A stretch of 64,000 bases of DNA. It comes from Selaginella moellendorffii (taxonomy: Eukaryota > Plantae > Lycopodiophyta). Numbering within the stretch: the stretch's first letter is position 1; every line of letters starts with the position of its first letter. The notes below the pieces were generated by a model, which was not told the origin of the DNA, made no database searches, and was given only the letters and a program-made list of their open reading frames with translations. The position numbers and the translations under genes are program-made. Location of the stretch: the NCBI RefSeq assembly GCF_000143415.4, contig NW_003314262.1, forward strand, positions 1,539,960-1,603,959, written 5' to 3'. Shown piece after piece: positions 35,420 to 50,200 of the stretch.

Positions 35420-38405
35420 TTAATTGAACTTTGCATAAGTACATAGAGTTCTGCCTTGCAGAAATTCCTCCACTAGATCTCGCGCGTTCGTTAGGTTCTC
35501 CTTTGGTTCCCATGTTGCTTCGCAGTGTGGAAATCCTTTCCACTTCACATAGAACTCTCTCACCTCGCGTCCTTGTCGCTTGCTCTTGCGCGCATTAAGG
35601 ATGGCCTCGACTTCGTATTCCTCTTCCCTTTGAATAACCTCAGGTAAAGGTCTTACTTGGTCCTTGCGAAGCGGATCCTCAAAATACGGCTTGAGTAAGT
35701 TCACGTGGAACACGGGATGCATCTTCCCCATCTCTCGAGGAAGTCGGAGTCGGTAAGCCACTTTACCGATTCGAGCCTCAATCTCGTAAGGCCCCGTGAA
35801 CCTGCTTAAGGAACTCAAGATCAATTCATTTATAGGAATACATGCATTTTTACCTTTAGGTCAACTTCCGGCTGATCCCACTTGGTAGCCTGAGGTTCTT
35901 GGTGTTCAGCCACACCTTCTCCCCAGCTTAGAACTCTACATCCCGGTGCTTCTGGTTCGCGTACTTAGTTTGCCTTTGTTGAGCTCGTTCCAAGGAATCC
36001 CTCACTAGATTCCAAATGTTGAGTCTTTCCGCTGTGAATGCCTCCACTGCAGGTAACTCTCGTGATACTCGGCCACGCCGAGTTCCACAGGACCTTCAAT
36101 AGCTCGCCCATTGATGACTTCTCATGGACTCACCCCGATACTCGAATGTGGTGAGTTGTTATAACACATTTCCGCAAGTCCCAAATGACTTACCCAATCG
36201 GTTTGGTCTCCTGAGACATAGCATCGCAAATAATCCTCCAGCTGCCTATTCACCCTTTCCGTTTGTCCGTCTATCAAGAAGTGTTAGTGCCACCAAACTT
36301 GACTTAATACCCCATACCTGTCTATGGGTGATAGGCTGTGCTGAATTTCAACTTGGTGCGATACTGTTCCAAGAGAGTCCTCCAGAACCTACTAGTGAAG
36401 ATCTTATCTCGATTTGAGATGATCTCTTCCGGCCTTCCCCGTACTCGAACCACTTGTTCGAAGAACAGCTTCGCCACACCTTCCGCATCCACTTCTGTTG
36501 TGGTGGGTATGAAATGTGCCATTTTCAAAAATCGGTCCACCACCACGAATATCGCATCAAACCCCTCGCTTGGGGGAAGTCCTGTGATGAAGTCCATCGT
36601 AAGACATTTTCACGGACGATTTGGAATTGGGATGCTTTGCAACAAGCCCCCACTAGCCTTAGTCACGGCTTTGACCTGCTGATATGTTGGACATGTCTTT
36701 ACATAGTCTTGGACATCTTTAGCCATATCTGGCCAATGGTACTTCCTCTTGAGTAAGCCCATTGTCTTGGGCACTCCGCCGTGTCTCGCAAGAGGTCCGT
36801 CATGACACTCTTCTAAGGCTACCTTCCTTAATTCCCCTTCTAGAACATACACCTTCGTTTGCTTGTAATAGATGAGTCCGTTGCATTCTGCATAGCCCGT
36901 TTTCTCTTCCGTTGGCAGCTCACTTCTTTGGTAAGCTTCCCGTGCCTCCAGATTCCTTAGCAACACTTCTTGTGCTAGACCATCGTTCTCATATGCTGTC
37001 CGCACATCATCCCAGAAGGTTGCTGTTGCACTGGATATTGCCAACCTCAAGCTTGCTTTTCGACTTAGTGCATCCGCCACGATGTTGCTCTTCCCAGGCT
37101 TGTACAGAATTTCGCAATCAAACTCGGCCAAGGCATTGGCCCACCGACCTTGTTTCCCTCTTAGGTCGGGCTGTGACAAGAAGTGTTTCGTTGCCACATT
37201 ATCCGTGTAAACCTTGAAGTGTCTCCCAAGGTAGTGTTGCCACTCCTTGAGCGCTTTGACCACCGCAAACAATTCCTTCTCGTGGGCAGGCCACTTCCAT
37301 TGAGCCGTGTCCAACTTCTTCGAGAAGAACGCTACTAGATGGTTGTCTTGCTTCAAAATTGCGCCCAACGCAAAGTCCGAAGCATCCGTTTCTACCTCAA
37401 AGTCCTTACCAAAGTCTGGTAATGCCAACACGGGAGCCTTTCTCAACTTCCCTTTGAGGTGGACGAATGCCGCCTCGCATTCCGCTGTCTATACCATCTT
37501 CCCTTTTCCTGTTTGGTCCGTTAAGGGCAAGGCTACTCTCGAATAGTGTCTGATAAACTTTCGGTAGTAGTTGTATAGCCCCAAGAACGCCCTCAACTCA
37601 TGTACATTCGATGGTCGCTCCCATTCCTGGATCGCTTGGACCTTCTCCGGGTCCACCTTGAGCCCGTCCTGGCCCACCACATGCCCAAGAAACTTTACCT
37701 CTTGTTGAGCGAAGTCACATTTGCTCTCTTTAGCATACAGTTTGTGTTCCCTTAGTTTCTCAAACACCTTCGCCAAGTGTTCGGCATGCTCCTTTAGTGT
37801 CTTGCTATAGATCAGGATGTCGTCGATATAGACAACCACGAAGTGATCTAGATAGGGTACAAAGATGTGGTTCATCAACGCCGAAAACGTTGCCGGTGCA
37901 TTGCACAGCCCGAAGGGCATCACCAGAAACTCAAAGCTCCCATACCTCGTTCGACAGGTTGTCTTCTCGACATCTTCCTCAGCTACCCTGATCTGGTAGT
38001 ATCTTGACCTTAGGTCAATCCTCGAGAATTATTTTGCCTTTCCCAACCTATCGAACAGGTCCTCAATCCTTGGCAAAGGGTACTTGTTCTTCTTTGTATA
38101 TTTGTTGAGCAACCGGTAATCTATGCACATGCGCATAGATCCATCTTTCTTTTTCACAAATAACACTGGCGCCCCATATGGCAACTTGCTCAACCTAACA
38201 TACCCTTTGTCCACCAACTCCTCTAGTTGACACTTGAGCTCTTTGAGTTCTTTTTCGTTCAAACGATAGGGGGGACGAACCACCGCCTCAGCACCCTCGA
38301 CCAGCTCAATCTTATGTTCTATCGGTCGTGCGGGGGGCAACCCCGCCGGTAACTCCTCTGGCATGGTATCCTGGAATTGGTCCAACACTCGTCGGATCAC
38401 TAAAG
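35420..38405 (-). pseudogene. Gypsy B pol, 3' part (RT, RNase H, integrase, chromodomain), disrupted
   Basis: [37 protein letters not shown], and chromodomain YEVEAIL...FYVKWKGFPHCEATWEP. Internal stops and a deletion. Confidence 0.92.
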
Positions 38406-38847
38406 AAGTTCTATTTCGTTAAAGTGGGAATTGTCATTATCCCACTTGTAAAATAAGGTTTCCAAACCTTTATATAGTATATAAATATAACAAAATTCAA
38501 CTACATTGAGGCACATGCCATTTTATTTTAAACAAGGAAATGTCTACTCAATCACTTCTCCTCCCCCTGCCACTGCTTCACCTCTCTCTTCTACTTGTCA
38601 TTGTTGTCCAATTTCTTTCCATCCTTTTAATATTGGCTCAGTTGCTCTGAGTCTAGGTGGAGCCCAAGTCCCCATTCAATCTTTACTTTCCCCTTATTAA
38701 TAAAACAACTTCGTAGACTTCCAATAACATGCTGTAACACTTCTAGTATAATGCAAATCCTCTCAAAGAATTGTCTTTTAATATTAATACAATGGCATGG
38801 AACCCCATGCCATAATAAGTTACATTTTTAAATAAATACATGCCATC

Positions 38848-41800
38848 TCAGACTGTTATTTTTTGCCTCCAACGCCTATACAATAATCTTGGAATTTCAT
38901 CACTCTCCACACTATCAGGATTTAAACCCAATAGTAATGCCATCTCTTCTCTAATACGTCCACGCTCATGTTCAGTGGTCGAAGAACCCATCCGGTTGAG
39001 CAGATTATGGAGATGCGGATAGTGCTTGGCTAGACAATATACATGCCATAAATGATGACTGGTGTCTGTCCGATCAAATGGCTTCTGATATACCGTTCCA
39101 TCTGCCATTTGGTTGATTTCTGCAGCCACCTCCTGGACTGGCCGGTTCTCTATCACCATCGCTCCAAGCCGTTTTGCAAGGTCCCCTAGAACATACGGTT
39201 TCTTCTCACTAGTTTCCATACTACAAGAGATGGGGTGCACTGCATATGTGTGCATGTTCGCTGCAGTTTTAATCGGCGAGTCATCAATGATGAGGATTTC
39301 ACTTGACCTAGCAGTCCGGTTCATCACTACAGCCTCTGGCTTGACGAAGATGGGCTTGCTACCCCTCACATGGACCATAGTCAAGCAATCCTCCTGCGTT
39401 AGGAGAAAGTCAAATGGTAATATTACTCGCGTCTGATTGTGCATCATCTGTAGCAACATTAATGCATTGTGGCGCATTATGGATGTCCAAACTCCCAATT
39501 GCAAATTGAACCCGGCCCCCTGTTTTAAGTGTCGCATGGTCATTATTAGATCCCGTAGTTTCTCCCGTGTGATTAATGTGAATTTGTCTCTTTTGACCAA
39601 CTTGCGACCGCAGGCTTTGGAGGGTGCAGTGACATTCGAGGACGAGCCACGCTCATGGGAGAAAAGGACACCGTTTAGATCAAAAATGATACAGTACCTT
39701 CGCCGTGACTCTGAAATGAAATGCGTCAGCATAAAAAATGGTACAAGTCAATTTTACCATCTACAATATTAGCGAATGGTGCTCCCGATGGTCGTTGAGA
39801 GGGTTTTGGTCGAGGAAACGTGAAGGGCGGAAATACTCTCCTCTGCAATGTGGGGTCAATCGCATCCGATGGTGTGTGGGCACATGCCATTTCAGCTGTA
39901 GACTCTGGTACAACTGGCTCAACAGTGGCATGGGGTGGTTCCGATGGCGTGTGATCACACGCCATTTCAGCTGGTGCCTCCGTTGGCAAAGTGGACATGA
40001 CCGAACAGGCAGCAGAGGCAGTGTAGGGAGGTTCCAACGGCGCGTAGTCAGACGATTGGGCACACGTTGAGTCCGTTGGAAATGAGGATACGACCGGCTC
40101 GGCGGCTGGGGTGGCCTCATGCGGGTCCAATGGCGCCTGGTCACCGTCAGTTGGATACGTGGACAAGATTGACTCAGTGGTATGGGCAGCATCAAGTGGA
40201 GCGTGGTCAGCTTGCTTGGCGTTGATATGGATAGTAGCCTCCACCAGCTCTGATGACTCTTGCAGGCAAGTAGAGCCCACTGGCGAATCCATATACATGT
40301 GCAAATATCTCCCTTCGATTGAGATGGTATCCTCCCTACTGGCTACTAAAAACAAACTCATTAGCACATTGAATCGACTATACTGTATTTACCATCAACT
40401 GCTATTGAGGAACTAAGACCGATATCACTTGGGCGCACTGCTGATTCTGAAGGATTGGACATACGTTTCGACCCTTGCTTGGCACTATCCTTCCTTGACA
40501 CTAAAGGCTAGAGTTTGTATCTTAATTCAACTGAATAATCTCTACTTACCATTTGCTTTGCAACCTACATGGACAATGTTAGAAATGGTAAAAGGTTAGG
40601 AATGGATGTATTATTATTTACCTGATGGTTTGTCTTGTATGACCTTCCTCCGCTGCTCTTTGGCCACCTCAGGCTGGCCATCATCGTCATCATCATTGTC
40701 GTCGTTATTGTGATCGTCACCATTGTGAGGACCATCCAAGTCCTCTTCGTCCTCCTCTTCTTCGTCCTCCTCTTCTTTGTCCTCCTCTTCGTCCTTCTGC
40801 TCTTCCTGCTCATTATCTTTCTCTGGCTCCTCATCCCCCTCCTGCATTTCTTCCATAGGCTGCTCAGGCTGGATGGCTTGTTCTTCCAGGACCATCTTGG
40901 GAAAATCATCTGGCCGAGTCTCCATCTCAAAATACAAGACATCCATAGCCTGTTTTAGTGCGTGACCTAGGACCGTATCCTCACCCGACTGTCTTAACAT
41001 GGTTTTTGCACGTTCTTGCACCCTTCGAAGACGATGAGATGAGAAAAACATGGCCCTGACTTGAAAAGCATCCCTCATCCATTGTACCTCTCCATTGAGA
41101 TTGGGGAAGGGGAGTCCGCCATAGGAATCTGAGTCAGGAGGTGGTGACCGCAAGGCATTACCTATCATCTTTTCGTTGCCCTTCTTCCTTTTCGAATCAA
41201 ACGCCTCTGATCCCGACGACTGTCCAACGTGCTTTCGCTTTTTATGACCACTAACAGTTTGAGCTTGGCTAGTGCTTGCCTGTTTTGCCTTTGAAGAAGT
41301 GTCTCCTGCAAGGAATGGCATGAGACCACACGCCATTGCAAATATAATTTGTACCTCCTATTTTCCTATTGCTTATCTGTTTGTCCTTCTTCGACGCGCC
41401 ACCAGTGCGCTTTTCAGTCCTCGTGTCTGAATATTCACAACGATCTATAATCAAAATGGCGTGAGGCCTCACATGACCTTATCTTGTGCAGGTTGTGAGC
41501 TCGGCCTAACATGGGTATCTTCAACAGTAGCTGTTAACGCCGTTTCAGCATCTGGGGGTGGCCATGCTCCTGCATACAGAGCTTGTGAGATAACATTTAA
41601 ACTTAAAGTGCGTACTCACCAGGTTCGCAGAGAAGATACTGTTTTTCTTTGGCAACTGTAATTATATGCTTCATTGAAGTCACCTCTTCAATGGAGTTTG
41701 TCACCGCAACACACGGGACACCCTTGAGTAGTGCGGCTCGAAAGAATAGTCCGTCGCAGTTGTACTCGACAACGCATTTGCCCTTGGAGTCGGAAGCAGG

Positions 41801-44167
41801 TGCTATTGCATTGAAGACCCAGCTGAGCATTTCCCATGCTGCACCTGGAGCTTTCTCTGGATTCGAAAGCTCCATAGCCGTCTTCAGTTCCTCAGGCACG
41901 GGTAAATTGACCTCCCTCAGATCAATTCGATCGGCCTTGTCGAACGAAGCTGGGAAGTCACTCCAGTCCCACTCTACTGCAGGACCAATAACAAAGGCGA
42001 GTGTGAAGATGCAGACATTCGTCGGTATCTTCTTCTTAGCCATTATCCCATGGATCTCCTACATCTCCTTACCTTTCAACCGAGCCTTCACCTCGTTCAA
42101 GGCCTTCCAGAACTTGTGATAGGATTCAGAGTCGTAGATCATATAGTGGACTGAAGATTCCACCTCCGCAAGTCCCACCATTAAGTCAATGATGGAGCTG
42201 ACTTCGTCTGCATGAGTGATCTCCTCGTTTGTGAAATCCATCACACAAAAGATGTTCTTGACCTGCTCATCTCCGCGGGAAACGATGCTCCTCCACCTTT
42301 GATCCTCATCCGAATTCACGTATACCCGGTAAGGTTCTCGATAGGCCTCTACTGCGGGGTCGAGCTGTTTCTGAAGCCGGCGGTCGACATCCCTCTTAAT
42401 GAAATTTGGATACTGATCCAACTTCTCAGCTTTACTTTTCGTGGCATCCCGCAGCAGATCGATGAACTTGGGGGCCCCCTTCACGTAGTCGTCGATGTCT
42501 TCATTTGACAACTCCAGCTCTTCCATCATCTCTTGCGTGGTGTCAATGCTCACTCTCTCCACGGCCACTTGCTCGAAGATCCAATCCTTCAATAGCGCAC
42601 GAGCTCTCAGAGTCGTGCACAAGTCCTCGTATGTCACAATATGGCCGGGAGTCATTTTGGTCTTGTTGAAGATTACCTCACCACGTAGAAGAGCATTAGC
42701 CACTGTCAGAAGGTCATCGTCGTCTAGAGACCACGAGAAATGCAAGGCGTTGAGCTTCAAATCATTGGGCTTCCGACCGTCCTCCACACCCATTGAGTTT
42801 AGCAACTCCCCGTCATGGTACCTTCTCAGCACATCTACCCATTTGTCAAAAATAGCTTTTGTCGCGAGTAGAATGTTATGGATGCTGAGTGTGTCATTGA
42901 CCCCCAGTGTTTTCGAGAGAAGACTCGAGAATTCCTGCAGTGGAAATGGCGTGAGGCCACATGCTATGCCACATGCAACGAGGCTTACCTGCCAAGCGCT
43001 AGTTGCTAGTGCACGTCCTTGTCTTGGTTTTTGTGGCTTCTTCAGTTGAACCCAGAGCTTCCGTGTTCGTGCCAATGTCTTGTGCAGACCCGATTTGTAG
43101 CACGTTTCTTGCTTGACATTCTGCGCGTGGGAGATGAATATGATAGATCGGAGGGGCGAGTTGCCTTTTATCAGGCGGACAACTCTTGTCTTGAAGACTT
43201 TCTTCACCTCCTCGCCCACCATAATATCCAGAACTATCTCTTGCATCGCCAAGCTAGAATGCTGCCCGGAGACGGCATAGAACCGGATGTTCTGATCGTC
43301 CAACACCTTCCTATTGATCAAGTCTAGAAACCTCGTCTCGCCCTTCATTGTTCGGTAGTAGGGGATCATGTCTGCAATGTCGGGTGTTACTGGACTTGCC
43401 AGCATCTTCTGCTTCAATTTCTCCACCCACTCATCAGATACTAGCCTGTGGTTGTATTTGCTTTGGATGTTGATACGGCTCACGTCGATTGTATATACTT
43501 TGTTGGAATAGTAACAAGTACTATTATCTGCGACGATTTTTGCTGCCTCTTCTTGCTCTTTCTGCTCTTTGCGGCTCTTCCTTTTGGTGAGTGTAGTGTT
43601 CAAACCCGAGGCAATGGCATCACCGAGTAGCTTCTTTTTTGGAACAAGAGAGTCGGACGTCGGCTTGAGCTTGACCACCCTTTTCTGCTTCGGGGTAGTT
43701 TCCAGATCGACCCCCTTCCCCTTCACTTCGCGAACTGGAGGCACTTTCAATGACTCAATGTTGGAATATAGTTTTTGAACATCGCCGTAGGTGAGGTCCG
43801 TAGATTCCATGTGATCTTCATAGACCCGCAGCGTCTTTGAAATTGTGGGCCTCTTGGACAACCTCTCCCTAGCTCCCTCTAGGAATTCCTCATAGCCGCT
43901 GCCCCCCTCCAGGAAGCCGCTAGGATGTGCAAGGTGGATCTTGAAGGCGGATGCTGTCTCTACCACAAGTGCCAGTCCATATTCTTGCATGGAACTGCAT
44001 GAAGTGTCTGTCACTTGGATGAGGATCCCCATGCATTCTTTTCTCCCACCATCTGTGTTGTACAGCCTCAGATCCTCGCCTTCCATCCCGAAAGTCCAAC
44101 TGGTGAGCTCCTCCCCCTTCTCTGCATCCACATTGACAGTGGCTGGAAGAAGAACGCAATTCCTCGC
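38848..44167 (-). pseudogene. Cargo gene, copy 2 (ParB-like + MTase-like + FCP1-like), premature TAG at 42059-42061
   Basis: Same exons as copy 1 (ORFs 42059-44188, 41603-42043, 40614-41336, 39726-40367, 38848-39732). A 59-bp deletion near 41150 removes one acceptor site. Confidence 0.75.
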
Positions 44168-47100
44168 CTGTTCAGAAATGCACAACAATTAGAGCTGACA
44201 GATGAAAAGCTAGCAGCTGGAAATAACGTGAGGCCACACGCCATTCACCACTGCATCAGATGTCTTGAGGCTGCATCCTAAGATGGCATGAGGCTACATG
44301 CCATCTGTAACCGGACTGCACTCGAGAGCCCAATCGGTGCATGCCAATGTTGCTACTGAATGGCATATGGCCTCATGCCATTTTCTACTTGGCCTAAAAG
44401 ACTTACCATTTGAAGCCGAATGGAGGCCGTGACAATCGAGGCCGGACTCGCTGGCAAATGTGCACTATGTGTGCAGCGGATCGTAGCAGCAAGGCTACTC
44501 TGCCACTTACAGTTGGAGAGTGGCGCTGAAATCTCCCGGGACGCCAAGTGGGCTGCGTGTGGGTGGCGGAGTGGGCAGCGGAGTTGGCGGCGAAGTTACA
44601 AATTGGGTGTGTCTTGAAGTGGACGCCGATGCACACGAGCGCGATGCGAGCGCGAGTGTGATGCAAGCGCGAGTGGACGCCGATGCACACGAGAAACCTG
44701 TAGAGAAGTGAGCGTGATCGCGAGTGGGAGCGCGATGCGAGCGGGAGCGCGAGTGTGATGCGAGCGCGAGCGCGAGTGTGCGAGCGCGAGTACGAAGCAA
44801 AATGCAAAACCTAACCTCACACGCGCGAAATGTCACAACGGTTGGTAATCCTGCCACATCATCATTCCTCAGACTTGGGCGCCACCATTAATTTCTGGAT
44901 TGCCGCGCGCATGCAAGCACGCAAAATCCAAAAGAAATCCGCAACGTCATCATTCCTCGGACTGCATGCACGCGAAATCCAAAAGAAAGATCATGATTGG
45001 GATATCATTTAATACCCTTGCTATATTTATACCATGCATGATTGGATATTCCAAAGCATCTTGTATTTCCAAAAATGGCAGATGTTCAGCTAAATAAAGA
45101 AATTCTATCTGTTTCTATTTTTCTCTCAAATCAATATTATAGTGTGTGGGCTCATGCAATTTTGAACCAAAGAAACCCAAAAAACGTTGGACCCAAAATA
45201 TTTTGAAAAAACCCAAAAAACCCTAAACATTTTAAACCCAAAAATCCAAGCATCCTGTGGCGTTATTCCTTGAATGGAGTGTGGGCGCATACTATTTTTA
45301 GGGCCAAATGCTGAATGGAGAAAAATTCCCTTTCAGTGCAAATGCTGCAAGAGGTAGATGCCGAGCACAAAGGACTGTAACTACCTCACATGACACAGAT
45401 AAACTTTTCTCTATTTGGCAAAGATAAACTTTATAACGTGTGGGCTCATGCAATTTTGAACCCAAAAAATGCACCAAAAAATTCTCGGCGTCATCTGGCG
45501 TTATCTCTTGAATGGCGTGGGGCCGCATGCCATTTTCAAGGGCACATAGGAGTATATTCCTAGGATATTCTGACACATGCGAGATTTTTTTGAGTTTTCT
45601 GGAGATCCAACCGTTAGATCGCAACTAAATTTTACAGAATGGTATACAATGTCTTTCTTGATGACCCTGCAAAGAAGCATCTCGATCGGAAACCACATTA
45701 GACCACACGAGCCTTACAATGTTTCAGGGGCATTTGCTATAGATCCGACCGTTATTTTGCTCCAAGATTTTACAGTTTGGTGTGCATTGACCTTTCCATC
45801 GACACTGCAAAGGGACATCACAATCAGATGCGGGATCACAAGAAACTAACTTCACTAACTCTGGTTTCACCAAGATCTATGTAAGGAGTTATGAAATGAA
45901 AGAACCCTCTCTATTGAAATGTGTTTATGGTCCTAGGGGCATTGTGACATATCAAAGGATTTTGCATCAAGTTCTGTATTTGCATGTTTATCAAGCTACT
46001 GAATTGCTAAACCCTAAACCCTAAACCCTAAACCCTAAACATGTGGCAAATGCTGTGTGAAGAAAGATGCCTTTCTGGGCAAATGCTGTAAGAGGCAGAT
46101 ACCGAGCAGATGTATCTCAGGCTAGCGAAGGGGACAAACGAAAGCTAGCTATAAACATGACGGGATGCAAATAGATTACTAGGCTGGTCCTGCGAAAATC
46201 AAAAACCATAATTGAAAACAATGAAAATGCAAAAAGAAAGGTTTATAATATTTTTGAATTTTAAGCAACCAAAGGAATGTAAGTAGGGCATGTGTTTGTA
46301 AGTTTAAAAATGCCTCAACCACTTAAATTCCCAAGTAAATAAAGCTGTTTCTATTTTTGGTACAGGTAAACTTTATAGTGTGTGGGCTCATGCAATTTTG
46401 AACCCAAAAATGCACCAAAAAATGCTCGACTAGCATTATTCTTTGAATGGCGTGTGGCCTTATATTGCCATAAATGGACGTACACACACAGCATAATTAT
46501 TCCTTTACACGGCGAATAATCTTGGCGCGGATCGCTGACATGGCATGGCAAAGTTCGAATCACTAACATGGCACAGCTGGATCGAGGCAAGGACATGATG
46601 TGACAAAGTTCAACCTCCGACAGCAAAGTCTAGAAGCTACTCAGTTTGAAATTTGTCAGAGGAATCATAAGATCTGGTTTGTTAGAGGATTTGATGTGAC
46701 GTTCAAGCGTGTGTTATTTTTGAATTCTCGAACTCATTCCTAGGTCTATCATTTTTGTGCGCCGTGTTCTTGGTTCCGCTGAGCGCAGTGAGCGCTGCTT
46801 GTGTAAGCGGCGTTGTGGGCTGTGGTTTATGCGTCTACGAGCGGTTGCGGCATTGCGAGCGCCATTGCGAGCGGCAGTTTATGCGAGTGGCAGTTTGTGC
46901 GAGCGGCGCTACGAGCAGTTGCGGTGTTGCAAGCGGCACTACGAGTAGTTGCGGTGTTGCGAGCGGCACTGTCTTTGGTGTGGCTACCGCTTCCTCTTGA
47001 TATTCGGCACTTGTGCTTCCTGGTATGTTCACCATGGAATGGTTTAGGACCACATTTAGAAATGGCATGAGGCCTCATGCCATTAGTGGTACCACTAATA

Positions 47101-47271
47101 GCATGAGGGTTCATGCCAATTTTGTGAATGCGAAATTTCACGTGGGTGTCAATAGCATGTTTGAATAATGGCATGTGGCCTCATGCTATTGAGGTTGTTT
47201 GGTATGTTATGATTTAGGCCATTCTCCAATCATTTTTTGTATGGTCTTAACTTCTTTTCTGCACTTTCAGA

Positions 47272-50200
47272 ATGGCCTTCAGGGTTGGGGAAAAGGTTTA
47301 CATTTTGATTGGTGGGAAGAGAGTTGCAAAAGGGACCCTTGTGTCTATGGATCGGAACTTTGTTATACACTATCAAAGGCTTGGGGAAGGCAATGCTGCT
47401 GTATCAGTAGAGACTGTCTTCGATGGGAATGTGGTCGCTATTGAACGAGGAGAGATGGTCGTCGGGGTAAATGTTGTTGTTGCCTTGAAAAATCTTCAGA
47501 AGAAAGCAGATGTTGGGGACAGCGCAAGTGCGACGCATGTTCCCTCCGTGGATCTTAAGAACCATGTTACATGGATTCAGGCGAAGGTGTTTCTAAACAA
47601 CCCCGAGGGGGAGGTGGTAGCTGAAGGCTTAGCCACAGTTGTCGATCCAAGAGATGCGGTTGCTAATCAAGAATTGGGCTGGGATGATATTGGAGTTGCG
47701 ATTTTAGAGGTTGTTGACACAGAAGAAAACAGTCTGACTATTGGAAGCATTGTGCGGTGGAAATTGAGGCACTTAGTATTTGAGAATGTGAAGGATTCAC
47801 AATCAAACACCACTACAACTGATGACAGAACATCTCTTCATGGGAAAAGAAAGTACACCTTCCTAAAGCGCAGCCAAAGGGATCTGAGCAACGAACCGAA
47901 AAGGCAAAAAATGGCGATGGAGGTTCGAATGGTCTCGACAGTTGCTTGTTGCAAGAGGAGGTGCTATCAACATGCTGATTGGGATGCTATTGAAGAGGAG
48001 AGAGCAAGATACAAGACATTGTCCTGGAAGGCAGCTCGCAATTTTGTGTATGAGGCATTACGGTCATCTGTTGATGCTTCAGAACATCAGGTGGGGGGCA
48101 TGGTCTTCCAGAGGGGTTTGGTCTGCATGAAGGCATGGAGAATCATTTATGGAGTCCCTCGAACCACATTCTACAGAATCAAAACTGAGTTCGAGGAACA
48201 AAGGGTTCAACAGGCAGTCCATGGGAACGACAGTACGCACAAAACCAGGGGTCATGTTGTATATGGAGAGGCAATCTTCAAGAGGTTTATCGAGACATGT
48301 AGCGAGCAGCAACCACATAAAACCCGCCTCTTGGAAGATGGAACACGAGACACCCAACGAGTTCTCCCTTCCATGTATACCAAGGGGGCCATATTGGAAG
48401 ATGTGAATCGAGAACTCCAGAGTAATGGCTACAGGAAGCTGAGCCAATCTAAATTTAGTAGATTGTGGAGCAACAGGTTCAGGGATGTGAGTATAGGAAA
48501 GTACTCCAGCTTTTCAAAGTGTCACGAGTGCACTGCTATCAAAATAGCTTTGTCGAAGAATTCTTGCAGCACTCAAGAGTGAGAGACGTTGGTTAGAAGG
48601 CGGCTCGACCACAACATCGAGCAGAGAAGCTGCAAGACTGCATATTATCATAACAGGATTCTCTCCATGGAGAGACCTGACTCTTACCTCTGCATCATCC
48701 ACGACAAAATGGACCAGAAAAAGACGTGCTTACCTCGACTCAATCCTGCCCCCAAGGCAATCTCTTCATCCATGCAGCTGCCTGTGTCTCTGTTTGGCAT
48801 AATTGCTCATGGGCATGGTGCCCAGAACTATGGGAACTTCTTTGTACCTCTATGGGGTGGCGGGGGTGCAAACATGATGATTGTGTCCCTAGCAAAACAC
48901 TTAAGGTCTCTGCAAAGTGCGCAGACTGAGCTGAACGGCCAACCCTTGCATAAAGCCCTTGTCGATCGAACCCCATACAGGGTTCAGCTGGAGGAGGAGC
49001 AAAGGCTTGCAGTATCGCGTGGGGCCCCATGCCATCCCAGTGAATATGTTGGCCGTCAGATTGTAGGGTTATCACGTGAGGCCTCATGCCATTCCGACGA
49101 GGCTGGTCGCCCGGTGAATGCACAGCCTCATCCAAACGAAGCAGAATCTCAAGGAAGTTCTTGCGGCCGATGTGGCCTTCCACCCCATCTTCTGCTCCAA
49201 ACAGACAATGCTGGCAGTGAGAACAAAAACATGTACGTCTTCGCGTACTTGGCGATGCTTGTTGCCAAAGGCATATTTGAAACGGTTACACTTGGCTTTC
49301 TCATGGTTGGGCACACTCATGAAGACGTCGATGCCATGTTCAGTCACCTGGCAGAGTCCCTCCGGCGATCCAATGTCCTCACCCTCCCACAACTCTACGA
49401 TGAATTCCAAAATTGCATCAAAGGCACTGTTGAAGCTGCACTTCTGACAGAGGTTCTAGACTTTAAGGGGTTTGTAAGAGGCTACATCAGGGACGGATCC
49501 GAAATGCTGATTGGCCACTCCAAGCCTCTTCAGTTTCATTTCAGCATGTGTGACGGTGCTCCAGTGATGAGGTACAAGATGAGAGAATGGGACACAGTGT
49601 GGCTGCCAGTGGACGGCATTGAACTCTTCAAGAGAGATCCCATAACTGGGGAACCTATGATTCCTCAGGGTTCCCCACGGCCGATGCACCCGAATGGACT
49701 CAAAGACCAGGAAAGTATAGTGGCCGGGATTAGACAGCATATTGCCTTCTGGAAGAGGGGGTTGGTGTTTGGTGGAGAATCCTATTTTCAGAGGTGCAAG
49801 CCTTTGCTCGAATACTGGGAGAAGATTATATCTGCTATCCAAAATGGGCCGGTTGTATATGAAGAATTGGAAGAGTCCTTTTGGCCAGAACCCAAAGCAC
49901 CAGATAGTAGCGGAACAATGTCCTCTGGAAATGCAGTGACAGATAACGATGTTGAGGATCACTATTGTGGGCCGAGGAACAAGAAGCCGGATTCAGCATT
50001 CAATCCAGTACAGGTCTGAAAAGGAATGGTCGTGCTTGTCAGACCCAGTAATAAAAAACAAATGATATGGGTGGGGCGCTGCATCACTGATGTAGAGGAG
50101 GACGCGAAAACTAACTCCTTCAATGTAACTGTGGAATGGTTCAAGCCAAGTTCCGGATATACGAAGAATTGCCTAGAAAAGAGATGGGTGCTGAATCCAA

